Shown piece by piece: positions 17,179-26,849 of a stretch of 30,309 nucleotides of DNA. Within the stretch, counting starts at the first letter, position 1, and every line of letters begins with the position of its first letter. This DNA comes from an uncultured Verrucomicrobiae bacterium (GTDB taxonomy: Bacteria > Verrucomicrobiota > Verrucomicrobiia > Limisphaerales > JAFGQR01), in the NCBI GenBank assembly GCA_963788655.1, contig CAWBHS010000112.1, positions 1 to 30,309 of the forward strand. Reading direction: 5' to 3'. The notes beneath the pieces are model-generated. The model saw nothing but the letters and a program-made list of their open reading frames with translations, ran no database searches and was not told where the DNA came from. Both the position numbers and the translations under genes were made by a program.

Positions 17179-19878
17179 TTACTCGACCTGGAGACGATAA
17201 AACCGCTGCCCGGTCAGGCCGCCGGATTGGAGAATGCGGATTTGGCCACCCGTTCCAGCCATGTTGGTCGCCACCTGCCAATTCGTGGAAGTCAATGAGC
17301 CGCTGTGGAGCACGATGTAATTGCGTCCGGGCAGGGTGCAAAAGGTAAATCCAAACGATCCGGGCGCGAGCGGGCTAATAAGTTCCAGTCGCGGGGGCGA
17401 CGTATCCATCACGTGCAGCGTTTGGGAGCAGTAGGCCGCATTGCCACAGGGATCGGTTGCCTGCCAGGTGCGCGTGACGACAAAGGATTCGCCGCACACG
17501 GCATTGGTGATCGTGGTCAGCACAGTCACTGAGACGTTGGTGCCGGCCGCCGCGTCCATGACGGTCGGTGGGGTGAAATCCCAATCGCTGCCCGCCTCCA
17601 CCGTCATCTCGGACCCACAGGTGATCTCCGGCGGCAATGTGTCCAGCACCGTGACGCTTTGGCTGCAAGTGGAGTAATTACCGCAAGCATCCGTCGCCTG
17701 CCAAATGCGCGTGGCCCTAAACGCATTGGCACACGCGAAGTTGGTCACGGTGTTTAATGTTGTGATCGTAACGTTGGCGCCGGAGCCCGTATCAGTCGCC
17801 GTCGGGGGCGTGAAATCCCAGACGGTGTCCCATTCATTGGTCAGGCTCGCGGCGCAACTGATCACGGGCGGAGTCGAGTCTTGCGCGAGCACGCTTTGGC
17901 TGCACGACGCCGAATTGCCACAGGCGTCAGTGGCCCGCCAAGTGCGCGTGGCGATGTAGGCGTTGCCGCAAGTCGCGTTGGTCACGGTGCCTACCAACGT
18001 GATCGTCAGGGTGTCGCTATTGCAGGTATCCGTGGCGCTCGGTGGCGTAAACTCCCAGGGCGTGCCCACTTCGACGGTCAGGTTCGGTGCGCAGGTGATC
18101 ACCGGAGCATTGGTATCCGCGACGGTGATCGTCTGGCTGCACGTGGCGGAATTCCCGCAAGGATCGGTGGCCTGCCAGGTGCGCGTGGCGGCGTAACTGT
18201 GACCGCACAAAACGTTGGTCATGGTGCTGAGAATCGCGATGGTCACGTTGTTGTCCTCGCAAAATCCGCTGGCGGTTGGCGGAGTGAAGTCCCAGACGGT
18301 GTCGCAATTCACGATGAGCGATGGTGCGCAACTTAGAGACGGTGGCATGGCCATGGTCGCCGCTTGCCAGGTCACATTGCCGTAAAGCTCGTCATACAGG
18401 AAATTGGCTGTCCAGCGAATGACCAAGTTGGCGGAGGCCGAACGCGACGCGTAGGTCAAGGTGTACACCGCGTAGGCATTGTCATAAGCGCGCCGCAAAG
18501 ACGTGCTGATGTACGGCGGACCGCTGCCGTCGCTCAAGGAAGCCTCGAACTTGCCCTGAGCGCCGTAGAGGCCAACATAGATTTTCACGCGGCGCAGCGT
18601 GGGCGACGCCGGGAGGGTAAGTTCAAATCCATTGTTCAAACCGGAGACAAGCACACCCGTTGGGGTATTCGTAGCGGCAACGGTGGGGGTACCGTCCGTC
18701 CACGTGTAACCGGTCAGGTTGTCTGCGTAACGGTCGATTTTGTTGGCATTAACTCCCACTGGCGCAACGTTGGGAATGACCTGGGATACGGCCGTTTTAT
18801 GGTCGAAACTCGAAGCCGTAGTGAGTCCCCAATGCGCCCAATCGACGGTGCCTTCGGTGGTCAGGTTCACATTGGTCGCCGGCGGGCTCACCAGGCTGCC
18901 TTGTAAATAGCCGCCGCCGGTGATGACGTAAACCGTGACTGGCATGGACGTCACCGCCAGGCCGCGATTGTCCGTCGCGCGCGCCGTGAAGATGTAGGTG
19001 TTGGTCGCCAGGTTGGACAGGGTCAGGCTCAAGGCGTTGCCGTTGGTCTGGCCGACCCGCGTGGCGTCGCGAAAGATTTCCAGGTTGGTCACCGAGCCGC
19101 TGGCCACGGTGGAAGTGGCGGTGATGGAAACGGTGGCCGGCGCCGTCAGCACCGTGCGATTCGGCGGCGAGACGATTTCCACGGTGGGCGGCAGGAGGTC
19201 ACTGGCCAGGGTCGTGGCGAACAAGTTGATCCCATTGCCCGAGCCCAACGATTCGCTGATGGTGCAATTGACCGTCAACGTCTGGCCGGGCGCTGATCCT
19301 TGAAAGTCCACCGTGAAGACCGCGTTGGAACCATTGAACGGACTAACCAACGCGGAATTGGTGTAGCCCGGCACTTCGCCGCCGCTCAACGTGGCGGTCA
19401 AGGTGGCGCCCGCATAATTGACGCCCACGTACAGCTTCAACCGCTTCAGGCTGGTGTCCGCCGGGCACGTGATTTGAAAACCGTGATTCAGTCCGATGAA
19501 GAAGACGCCCGTGTGCGTCTCGGGCACACTGAGAATCGGCGCACCGTCGCTCCACGAAAAACGATGGACGCTGGCGCCAATCCAGTAGGGGCCGTCCCAT
19601 TGGGTATCGATCACGGGTGTGTAATTGATCTGCTGCGGAGCACCGTATTTACGGTCGATTTGCTGTTCCCAAAGGTAACCCCAATGCACCCAGTCCAGGG
19701 TGCCTTCGGCGGTGAGATTGACATTGGCGCCGTCCGCCAGCGGTTCGTAATGGCCGGTGAGCAAGGCGGCGAACGCTGGCTGGAGGGCGTTGAAAAGCAA
19801 ACAAGTTGTCAGGCTTAAACCAAGCAGGCTGAGGGCGCCTGCCCGAGGTAAAAACGTATGGGTTGACTTCTGTTTCAC
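17179..19878 (-). CDS. Large secreted/surface protein: two homologous beta-rich domains flanking an Ig-like domain, four Cys-rich HYR-like repeats and a C-terminal beta domain
   Basis: Probable GTG start at 19878 with a signal peptide (..ALSLLGLSLTTCLLFNALQPAFA). NVNLT.EGT.DW.HWG occurs twice. Ig-like PPTVEIVSP..YIFTARATDNRG. Four (T/I)W(Q/R)ATD(P/A)CGN repeats. C-terminus ..SLTSTNWQ..QRFYRLQVE. Confidence 0.85.
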   Translation of the reverse strand: MKQKSTHTFLPRAGALSLLGLSLTTCLLFNALQPAFAALLTGHYEPLADGANVNLTAEGTLDWVHWGYLWEQQIDRKYGAPQQINYTPVIDTQWDGPYWIGASVHRFSWSDGAPILSVPETHTGVFFIGLNHGFQITCPADTSLKRLKLYVGVNYAGATLTATLSGGEVPGYTNSALVSPFNGSNAVFTVDFQGSAPGQTLTVNCTISESLGSGNGINLFATTLASDLLPPTVEIVSPPNRTVLTAPATVSITATSTVASGSVTNLEIFRDATRVGQTNGNALSLTLSNLATNTYIFTARATDNRGLAVTSMPVTVYVITGGGYLQGSLVSPPATNVNLTTEGTVDWAHWGLTTASSFDHKTAVSQVIPNVAPVGVNANKIDRYADNLTGYTWTDGTPTVAATNTPTGVLVSGLNNGFELTLPASPTLRRVKIYVGLYGAQGKFEASLSDGSGPPYISTSLRRAYDNAYAVYTLTYASRSASANLVIRWTANFLYDELYGNVTWQAATMAMPPSLSCAPSLIVNCDTVWDFTPPTASGFCEDNNVTIAILSTMTNVLCGHSYAATRTWQATDPCGNSATCSQTITVADTNAPVITCAPNLTVEVGTPWEFTPPSATDTCNSDTLTITLVGTVTNATCGNAYIATRTWRATDACGNSASCSQSVLAQDSTPPVISCAASLTNEWDTVWDFTPPTATDTGSGANVTITTLNTVTNFACANAFRATRIWQATDACGNYSTCSQSVTVLDTLPPEITCGSEMTVEAGSDWDFTPPTVMDAAAGTNVSVTVLTTITNAVCGESFVVTRTWQATDPCGNAAYCSQTLHVMDTSPPRLELISPLAPGSFGFTFCTLPGRNYIVLHSGSLTSTNWQVATNMAGTGGQIRILQSGGLTGQRFYRLQVE
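17401..18345 (-). repeat. Four intragenic repeats of about 79 aa (about 237 nt)
   Basis: Unit P.(I/L).C....V..(D/G)..W(D/E)FTPP.A.D......T.TN..C......TR.W.ATD.CGN...CSQ...V.D occurs four times in tandem. Confidence 0.85.
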
Positions 19879-20101
19879 AAATTCAGGGTATTTTGCGGCA
19901 CAATATGGCCGCAAAGCCCGGGGCCTGCAACCGAGAGCAAGTCTAGGTAATTCCCCGGTGGGCAATTACTCGGGCGTCCGTCTCCCGCCGTATTATTCAG
20001 CTCCTGTTGAAAAAGGTCCAAACAGGGCGTGGCCGTGCTTCACGGGGCATTCGAGTTGCGACCGCGGAGCACCTGTCCGCTATGGGTGGAAGGGGACGGA
20101 G

Positions 20102-20173
20102 CAAGCCCAGAATTTCACTTGGACTACCAATAACGGCACGATCACCATCGAGAAATATACCGGGACAGGCGGG
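20102..20173 (+). pseudogene. Remnant resembling the N-terminal cap of BspA-type leucine-rich-repeat surface proteins
   Basis: Translation QAQNFTWTTNNGTITIEKYTGTGG resembles the F.YTTNNGTITITGYTG.GG cap preceding BspA-like LRRs (recognised from memory). No credible start, and it collides with the TPMT stop. Confidence 0.55.
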
Positions 20174-20182
20174 ACGCCTGAC

Positions 20183-20773
20183 CTATGGTTTGCAGCGCCA
20201 CCAGAGCATGAGTTCAAGGCCGGTGCGGTTGGGATACGAACGCGGCACCCAGCCTTGCAAGAGTTCGAAGTGCGGCAGGAAACGCTCCATCAGTTCTTCC
20301 TGGCTCACCCCGTACGGCGGAGCGTCCTCGTCGTCTTCGCGCAGCATGTATTGGACAGCCAGGAATTGTCCGTTGGGCTTGAGCCAACGCCGCACGGCCT
20401 GAACATACGTGTCCCGGCAAGGCGGGGGCAGCGCGCAGAACAACGTGTGCTCGAACAGCCAGTCAAACTGGCGCGGAGGAGCCAGCGTCAGAAAGTCACC
20501 GAGTTGATAGGTAACACGCAACGGCTCGCCAGCCGACTTATCCTGGCACAACCGGATGGCGCTCGGCGCGATGTCCACGCCGTGCGCCACAAATCCCGTG
20601 CGCGCCCATTGCCGCACGTCGTGGCCGGTGCCGCAGCCCGGCACACAAACTTCCGCGGGGCGCGGCAGCTCGGGGTGCGCTTGCAAGAAATCGACGAGCC
20701 CCGGCGAAGGCGCGCCTTTCTCCCAACGCATCTCGCCAGCTTGATACTGTGCTTCCCAATCGTTGCCCGTCAT
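20183..20773 (-). CDS. Thiopurine S-methyltransferase (TPMT)-like / thiol-halide SAM-dependent methyltransferase
   Basis: MTGNDWEAQYQAGEMRWEKGAPSPGL, VCVPGCGTGHD (motif I), GVDIAPSAI, FDWLFEHTLFCALPP..R..Y, WLKPNG and PPYGVS. Confidence 0.9.
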   Translation of the reverse strand: MTGNDWEAQYQAGEMRWEKGAPSPGLVDFLQAHPELPRPAEVCVPGCGTGHDVRQWARTGFVAHGVDIAPSAIRLCQDKSAGEPLRVTYQLGDFLTLAPPRQFDWLFEHTLFCALPPPCRDTYVQAVRRWLKPNGQFLAVQYMLREDDEDAPPYGVSQEELMERFLPHFELLQGWVPRSYPNRTGLELMLWWRCKP

Positions 20774-20810
20774 GGCGGTGAACGTATCACAAGAATTTGG
20801 GCGCCGGCTG

Positions 20811-20877
20811 GAATTCCGGAACTGCCGAAAGGCGCAGCCCGGCGTGAGGCGCCCGCCTTTCGACAGTTCCGGAATTC
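20811..20877. repeat. 24-bp inverted repeat with a 19-nt spacer
   Basis: GAATTCCGGAACTGCCGAAAGGCG (20811..20834) and CGCCTTTCGACAGTTCCGGAATTC (20854..20877) are complementary at 23 of 24 positions. Confidence 0.85.
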
Positions 20878-21006
20878 GCGTGCGCCCATCGCTGGATGAC
20901 AACTTTGTCATTAATGATTCATCTATTTGTCAGAGCGGTCCGGCAACATCGCTTTACCGCTTAGCCGGAACATTTCACCCGCGAGGCATTTGATGGCGGC
21001 TTTTTG

Positions 21007-21037
21007 TTGGCTTTCGGCAAACGAGCCTATAGGCTCG
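21007..21037 (+). promoter_or_regulatory. Putative efflux-operon promoter overlapped by a perfect 16-bp palindrome
   Basis: TTGGCT-17-TAGGCT (21007..21035). The perfect palindrome CGAGCCTATAGGCTCG at 21022..21037 lies about 38 nt before the TolC-family ATG. Confidence 0.5.
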
Positions 21038-21074
21038 CCCGCACTCAAGACGCTTGTTCGGTGGGCAATACGAC

Positions 21075-22497
21075 ATGATGCGAAACAAAACTTGGTTGTT
21101 CATGCTACTGACGGCAATCCTGGTTGCGGGGTGTGTGCGGTTTCATCCGCAGCCGTTGACGCCGGACCGGACGGCCGCCGATTTTCAGCACCGCACACTG
21201 GATGCAGCCGGCTTAAGAAGCTTCATCCAGACCAACACGCAAGCAGAGCTCAGTCAATGGCCGCTACGGGAATGGGGATTTACCAACCTGGTTTTGGCGG
21301 CGCTGTATTTTCAGCCCGAGCTCGACGTGGCACGGGCGCAGTGGGCGGTGGCCCAGGCGGGCATCATCACCGCCGGTCAACGGCCCAATCCCAGCCTCAG
21401 CGTCTCACCAGGGTATGACACGACGACTTCGGTGCCGTCGCCGTGGATTGTTACATCCACGCTCGACGTGCCGTTGGAGACTGCCGGCAAACGCCGGCAT
21501 CGCGTGGCGCAAGCGACCCACTTGTCCGAGGCCGCGCGGCTGAAACTGGCTTCGGTGGCCTGGCAGGTGCGTAGCCGCGTACGAATGAATCTGGTGCAAC
21601 TTCAGGTGGCGCAGGAAACCCAGAAATTGCTCAAAGACCAACAAGCCACGCAATCCGAGCTGATTCGCCTGTTGCAGCTCCAATTGGACGCCGGAGCCAT
21701 CTCGGCGTTTGAAGTGACCCAGGCGCGGCTGGAGGCCGACAAGACGCGGTTGGCATTATATGATGCGGAGCGACAATATGCTGAAGCGCGCGTGCAGTTG
21801 GCGGCGGCGATGGGAGTGCCTGTGAGCGCGCTCGAGGGCGTAACGTTTTCCTTTGATGGCCTGACCACCTTACCCAGCGAAGTCTCGTTCGCCGAGGCGC
21901 GCCGGCAGGCCTTGTTGAACCGGCCGGACATATTGAGCGCGCTGGCGGAATACGCCGCGAGCCAATCGGCTTTGCAATTGGAAGTCGCCCGTCAGTTTCC
22001 CGATATCAACCTCAGTCCCGGCTACGAGTATGACCAGGGCGACAACAAATGGTCGCTCGGCCTTTCGGTGACGCTGCCCGGTGCTGAATCAAAACCAGGG
22101 TCCGATTGCCGAGGCCAAAGCCAAACGGGCAGAAGCCGCCGCGGCGTTCAACGCGCTTCAAGCCCGGGTGTTGGCCGACATTGACCAGGCGGTGGCCGGA
22201 TATCAGGTGGCTCTGAAAAAACACGCGGATGCCGAGGCCATGTTGACGAATTTGGAGAAGCAGGAAAAGTCCGCGCGCGCGATGCTTGAAGCCGGTGAAA
22301 TCTCCCGCAGCGAACTGGCCTCGGTGCGGCTGCAACTCAGCGCGTTGGCGTTGGCTCGCGCGGATGCCCTGGCCCAGTCGCAACAGGCGCTCGGGCAATT
22401 GGAAGATGCGCTCCAAGGTCCGCTCGGCCTGCCCGTTTCCGCCTGGCAAAGTTCACCCCGCGTAACGGGAACCGACAGTTCGAAGAAATCCAGATGA
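21075..22497 (+). CDS. TolC-family outer membrane efflux lipoprotein; one frameshift near 22079
   Basis: Lipobox ILVAG-C. QPELDVARAQ..AGQRPNPSL; RPDILSALAEY..A.QFPDINLSPGY..WSLGLSVTLP continues as VLNQNQGPIAEAKAKR in ORF 22081..22497. Its stop overlaps the MFP start. Confidence 0.9.
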
Positions 22498-23567
22498 AAA
22501 AGTTGTTGCTGACAATCGTGTTCCTGGCGGTGGCGTCCGGACTTATTTGGCTGGCTTGGTTTAATCACGCCGCGCCCGAAGAGGAAGCAGAACATGGCCC
22601 GCCGACCGATGTGCCGGTGCATGTTGCCAAAATCACCCGCACCACACTGCGCGGTTACGTCACGGCGTATGGCACCGTGGCGCCCGAGCCGTCCGGCGAG
22701 AAGCCCGCTGCCATTGCGCAGGTGGCCGCGGCGGTACCGGGTTTGATCACGGAAGTGAAGTGCGTCGAAGGCCAGCACGTCGAGAAAGATGCGGTGTTGT
22801 TCCAACTCGATAGTCGCGCTGCCGACGTGGCGGCGGAAAAGGCGCAGGCTGCGGTCAAGTATGCGGAGCAGAATCTGGAACGTCAGCAGAAGCTGATCAA
22901 GGTGGAGGGCACTTCGCAGAAGCTGGTGCTCGACGCGGAACAGGCCCTGGCCACCGCGCGCAGCGAACTGGCCGCGGCGCAGACGCAACAGGGGTATTTG
23001 CGGGTCACGGCGCCGTTGAGCGGGACGGTGGTCCGCATCAACGTCCAACCCGGACAAGCAGTTGATCCGACTACCGCGCTGGCCGAGGTGATTGACTTGG
23101 ACCGACTCGTGGTCAGCGCGAACGTTCCCAGCACCGCCTTGGGGGCCTTGAAGGCCGGTCAAGCGGTCGAAGTGAATGCCGATGCTTCGGCGAAAGCTGT
23201 CCAAGGATCATTGACGTTCATTGGATCGCAAGTGGATCCCAAGACCGGCACCGCGCCCGTGCGTGCTTCGTTGCCGGCCGGTTGTGGCTTGCGTCCGGGG
23301 CAGTTCGTGACGGTCCGCATCGTCAGCGAGGAACACAAAGACCGGTTGGCGGTGCCGGTGGAGAGTGTGGTCAAAAACGAAGATGGGGAAACGGTGATCG
23401 CCATCGTGCAAGACGATCAAGCGTCCCAAAAGCCGGTGACGACAGGCCTGCGCGACGGGGGCTGGGTGGAAGTTGAGGGCGCCGGATTGCGGCCGGACAT
23501 GACGGTAATAACCGACGGCGCCTACGCGTTGCCGAAGGCGACCAAGGTGCATGTGATGAACGACTGA
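22494..23567 (+). CDS. RND efflux periplasmic adaptor (membrane fusion protein)
   Basis: N-terminal TM helix; lipoyl-like halves GLITEVKCVEGQHVEKDAVLFQLD and RVTAPLSGTVVRINVQPGQAV; VDPKTGT, LRPGQFV and LAVPVESV. Confidence 0.93.
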   Translation: MKKLLLTIVFLAVASGLIWLAWFNHAAPEEEAEHGPPTDVPVHVAKITRTTLRGYVTAYGTVAPEPSGEKPAAIAQVAAAVPGLITEVKCVEGQHVEKDAVLFQLDSRAADVAAEKAQAAVKYAEQNLERQQKLIKVEGTSQKLVLDAEQALATARSELAAAQTQQGYLRVTAPLSGTVVRINVQPGQAVDPTTALAEVIDLDRLVVSANVPSTALGALKAGQAVEVNADASAKAVQGSLTFIGSQVDPKTGTAPVRASLPAGCGLRPGQFVTVRIVSEEHKDRLAVPVESVVKNEDGETVIAIVQDDQASQKPVTTGLRDGGWVEVEGAGLRPDMTVITDGAYALPKATKVHVMND

Positions 23568-26500
23568 TGCCGCAAGCTCCGTCCGTCATGAAGAACTCTT
23601 CCCCGATCAGCCTCTTTGCCATTCGGCATCGTTTGGCCATCGCGTTTATCAGCGTGGCGTTGTGTTTCGCCGGAATATATTCGGCCTTCCGGATGCCATC
23701 GTCGGTCTTTCCGCAAACCAACTTTCCGCGCGTTGTCCTCCTGCTCGACAATGGCGTGATGCCCGCGGACGAAATGATGGCCACCATCACGCGCCCGGTC
23801 GAGGAGGCGATGAAGGACATTCCCGGTGTGGTTACCGTCCGGTCCACCACCGGGCGTGGCTCGGCGGAAATCAGCGTTTTCTTCAACTGGCAGGTGGACA
23901 TGGTGCAGTCCGAATTGTACGTGAACAGCCGCTTGTCACAGATTCGTTCGACGCTGCCGGCCACCGCGAGCGCCACGATCTGGCGGCTGACCTTTTCCGC
24001 GTTTCCCATCATCGGTGTGAGCCTGACCAGTCCGCGGCGCAGCATCACCGAATTGTGGGAGACGGCGCGTTACCAGTTGAAACCGCGGTTTCTGCGGCTT
24101 CCGGGCGTAGCGCGGGTGGACCTGGTGGGGGGGCGCCGGCCGGAATATCACGTGGTGGTCGATCCCTTGCGGCTGCAGGCGGCTGGGCTGAGTCTGGCGG
24201 AAGTGCGCGATGGGCTGGTCCGCAACAATCTCGTGGCGCCCACCGGCATGCACGAGGAGAACTACACGTTGTATTTGGCGGTGGTGGATGGCCGGGTTCA
24301 CTCGAGTGCGGACATTGAAAACCTGACGGTGGCCGTCATGGGCGCGCACCCGGTCCGCATCAAGGATTTTGCCCGAGTCGTGCGCGGTCCCGAGCCGGTG
24401 TTCAACGTGGTGACGGCGGAAGGCGTGCCGGCGGTGCTGCTGAACATCCGCAGCCAGCCCGACGGCAGCACGCTGGACATTGCGAAGGGACTTACCCAAG
24501 TGTTGCGCGACGTCCAACACGACCTCCCGCCCGACATGAAACTGGCCTACTACTATGACCAATCGCTGTTCGTGCGCGAGTCGGTGAAGAGTGTTTGGGA
24601 TGCCATCCTGTTTGGGCTGATCCTCTCGGTGGTGATCATCTTTCTCTTTCTCAAACATTGGGGCACGACGCTCACGGCGATTGTGGTTATTCCGGTGACG
24701 GTGTTGATTACGCTGGTCGCGATGAAGTTGACCGGGTTGAGTTTCAACCTGATGACGTTGGGTGGCATTGCGGCGGCCATCGGCTTGGTGATTGACGACG
24801 CCATCGTGGTGGTGGAAGCCATTTATGCCAAGATCGCCACGGGACTGCCGCGGCTCGAAGCCGTGCAGGCGGCTATCGGTGAAATCTTTCAACCCCTCGT
24901 CGGGTCCACGCTGACGCCGGTGGTGGTGTTTATTCCGCTGGCGTTCCTCGATGGTATCACCGGTGTTTTCTTTCGGGCGCTGGCTTTGACGATGGTGGTA
25001 GCCCTCCTGACGTCACTGGCGCTCGCCATCACGCTGACCCCGTCACTGGCCACCTGGATCATTCGCGGCCACGAACACCTTGAACACGGTCACGCCCCCA
25101 GGAGTGCCGAAGGCGGCTTTGTGTTGACCCGGCTCATTCGGGGATACGAAGTGGCCGTGCGCGCCACGCTGCGGCATCGGTGGTTGACGCTGGCCGCGTG
25201 CGGCTTGGTGCTGCTGTTGGGCGCGGGCATTTACCTGCGGCTGGAGAGTGAGTTTCTACCGCCCATGGACGAGGGCGGTTTTGTGATCGATTACGTGGCG
25301 CCGCCGGGAACCAGCCTGGCCGAGACGCATCGCCAATTGTTGGTTGCCGAAAAGATCTTGGTGGCCACGCCCGAAGTCGAAAGCTATTCCCGGCGTACCG
25401 GCGCGCGCTTGGCGTTGTCGATTGCCGAGCCGAACACGGGGGATTTTTTGGTGAAATTGAAACCCGACCGGCCACGTGCCACGGAAGAGGTTATTTCGGA
25501 ATTGCGCGAGAAGTTCAATACCGCGCTGCCGGGCATTGAATGGGAATTCCCCGGCATTTTGGGTGATCTGATTGGGGACTTAACATGGTCGCCCCAGCCT
25601 ATCGAGGTGAAGTTGTTTTCCAACGACATCGAGTTTCTAAAAAAGAAGGCGCCCGAAGTGGAAGCGCAAATTAAGACCGTCCACGGCGTCGTGGATTCGT
25701 TCGACGGATTGGTCTATGCCGGCCCGAGCATCAGTCTCCGAGTGCGGCACACGGACGCCGAACGCTTCGGGTTGACGGCGGAGGACGTGGCCACCGCGGT
25801 GAACACGGCCATGTTGGGTACTGAAGCTTCGACGGTGTTGGAGGGCGACCGCGTGGTGAACATTCGCGTGCTGGTGGACCCGACGCGCATCGACCGAATT
25901 GCCACGTTGCGCGAATTACCGCTGCGTACCTCCGATGGCACGCTGGTGAAATTGTCGCAAGTGGCGGACCTGGTCGAGGAACCGGGCCAATTGGAATTGC
26001 GGCGGGAGGATTTGCGGCAGGATGTGGCCGTGACCGCGCGCCTGGAAGGCCGCGACCTGGGCAGCGCCATGGCCGAGATCGAAAAGAAGTTGAGCCAGGA
26101 CGAAACCATGCCCCCGGGCACCATCGAGTTCGGCGGGTTATACCAGCAGCAAAAGGAATCGTTCCGCAACTTGATGCTCGTGCTGGCCATGGCGATTTTC
26201 CTGGTCTTCACGGTGCTGTTGATCGAGTTCCGGTCGTTTTACGAGGCGGTGGCAATCGTGTTTGGCGCGGTGCTGGCGTTGTTCGGCACGGTGCTGGCGT
26301 TGTGGATTACCGGCACGTCGTTGAATGTCGTCTCATTTTTGGGCGCCATCATCGGCGTGGGCATCGTGGCCAAGAACGGCATTCTGATGCTGGACTTCGT
26401 CGAACACTTACAGGCCGAGGGCGTGAGCCTGGAAGATGCGCTGGTGCGTTCGGGACATCGCCGGTTGCGGCCGGTGCTGATGACCTCGATGGCCGCCGCA

Positions 26501-26671
26501 TTTGGTATGCTGCCGCTGGCCTACGGGATTGGCAGTGGCGCCGACATGCTCAAACCGCTGGCCATCGCGGTGATTGGCGCATTGTGCATCTCGGTGCTGC
26601 TCTCGCTGGTGGCGACGCCGACGGTTTACTATTTGATGCGGCGATTGTTCGAAGCACCGGCGCGGGGATAA
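23567..26671 (+). CDS. RND efflux permease (AcrB/CusA/CzcA superfamily)
   Basis: 1034 aa with two TM bundles. Proton-relay motifs GLVIDDAIVVVE, GIVAKNGILM and RLRPVLMTS; also FLPPMDEG. Confidence 0.96.
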   Translation: MPQAPSVMKNSSPISLFAIRHRLAIAFISVALCFAGIYSAFRMPSSVFPQTNFPRVVLLLDNGVMPADEMMATITRPVEEAMKDIPGVVTVRSTTGRGSAEISVFFNWQVDMVQSELYVNSRLSQIRSTLPATASATIWRLTFSAFPIIGVSLTSPRRSITELWETARYQLKPRFLRLPGVARVDLVGGRRPEYHVVVDPLRLQAAGLSLAEVRDGLVRNNLVAPTGMHEENYTLYLAVVDGRVHSSADIENLTVAVMGAHPVRIKDFARVVRGPEPVFNVVTAEGVPAVLLNIRSQPDGSTLDIAKGLTQVLRDVQHDLPPDMKLAYYYDQSLFVRESVKSVWDAILFGLILSVVIIFLFLKHWGTTLTAIVVIPVTVLITLVAMKLTGLSFNLMTLGGIAAAIGLVIDDAIVVVEAIYAKIATGLPRLEAVQAAIGEIFQPLVGSTLTPVVVFIPLAFLDGITGVFFRALALTMVVALLTSLALAITLTPSLATWIIRGHEHLEHGHAPRSAEGGFVLTRLIRGYEVAVRATLRHRWLTLAACGLVLLLGAGIYLRLESEFLPPMDEGGFVIDYVAPPGTSLAETHRQLLVAEKILVATPEVESYSRRTGARLALSIAEPNTGDFLVKLKPDRPRATEEVISELREKFNTALPGIEWEFPGILGDLIGDLTWSPQPIEVKLFSNDIEFLKKKAPEVEAQIKTVHGVVDSFDGLVYAGPSISLRVRHTDAERFGLTAEDVATAVNTAMLGTEASTVLEGDRVVNIRVLVDPTRIDRIATLRELPLRTSDGTLVKLSQVADLVEEPGQLELRREDLRQDVAVTARLEGRDLGSAMAEIEKKLSQDETMPPGTIEFGGLYQQQKESFRNLMLVLAMAIFLVFTVLLIEFRSFYEAVAIVFGAVLALFGTVLALWITGTSLNVVSFLGAIIGVGIVAKNGILMLDFVEHLQAEGVSLEDALVRSGHRRLRPVLMTSMAAAFGMLPLAYGIGSGADMLKPLAIAVIGALCISVLLSLVATPTVYYLMRRLFEAPARG

Positions 26672-26680
26672 CCGGGGTCG

Positions 26681-26765
26681 GTTGAAAGGTTGGAGAGTCG
26701 AAGGAAGGGAGTTGAGAAAATGAGGGAAGCACGAGCGGGCGCCGAAGGATGACAGATGACTGATG
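26681..26765. repeat. Short tandem repeats downstream of the RND gene
   Basis: GTTGAAAG GTTGGAGA GTCGAAGG..GTTGAGAA (octamer type) and GATGACA GATGACT GATG (heptamer type). Confidence 0.45.
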
Positions 26766-26816
26766 CAGCGGCAAAGCCTCGCAGGACAAAGTGCGCCAAT
26801 GGAGTATTCCAGTGCT

Positions 26817-26849
26817 GGCAGGGCGAGACTCCGCCGAGCCCTGACTTCC
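26817..26849 (+). repeat. Third copy of the GTAGGGCGAGACTCCG REP
   Basis: GGCAGGGCGAGACTCCGCCGAGCCCTGACTTCC is identical at 31 of 33 positions to the reverse complement of 6704..6736. Confidence 0.85.

Noticed and set aside
19757..20899. 380-aa plus-strand ORF
   Set aside because: It overlaps two real minus-strand genes. Only the 24-codon LRR-cap-like stretch looks protein-like and is reported separately.
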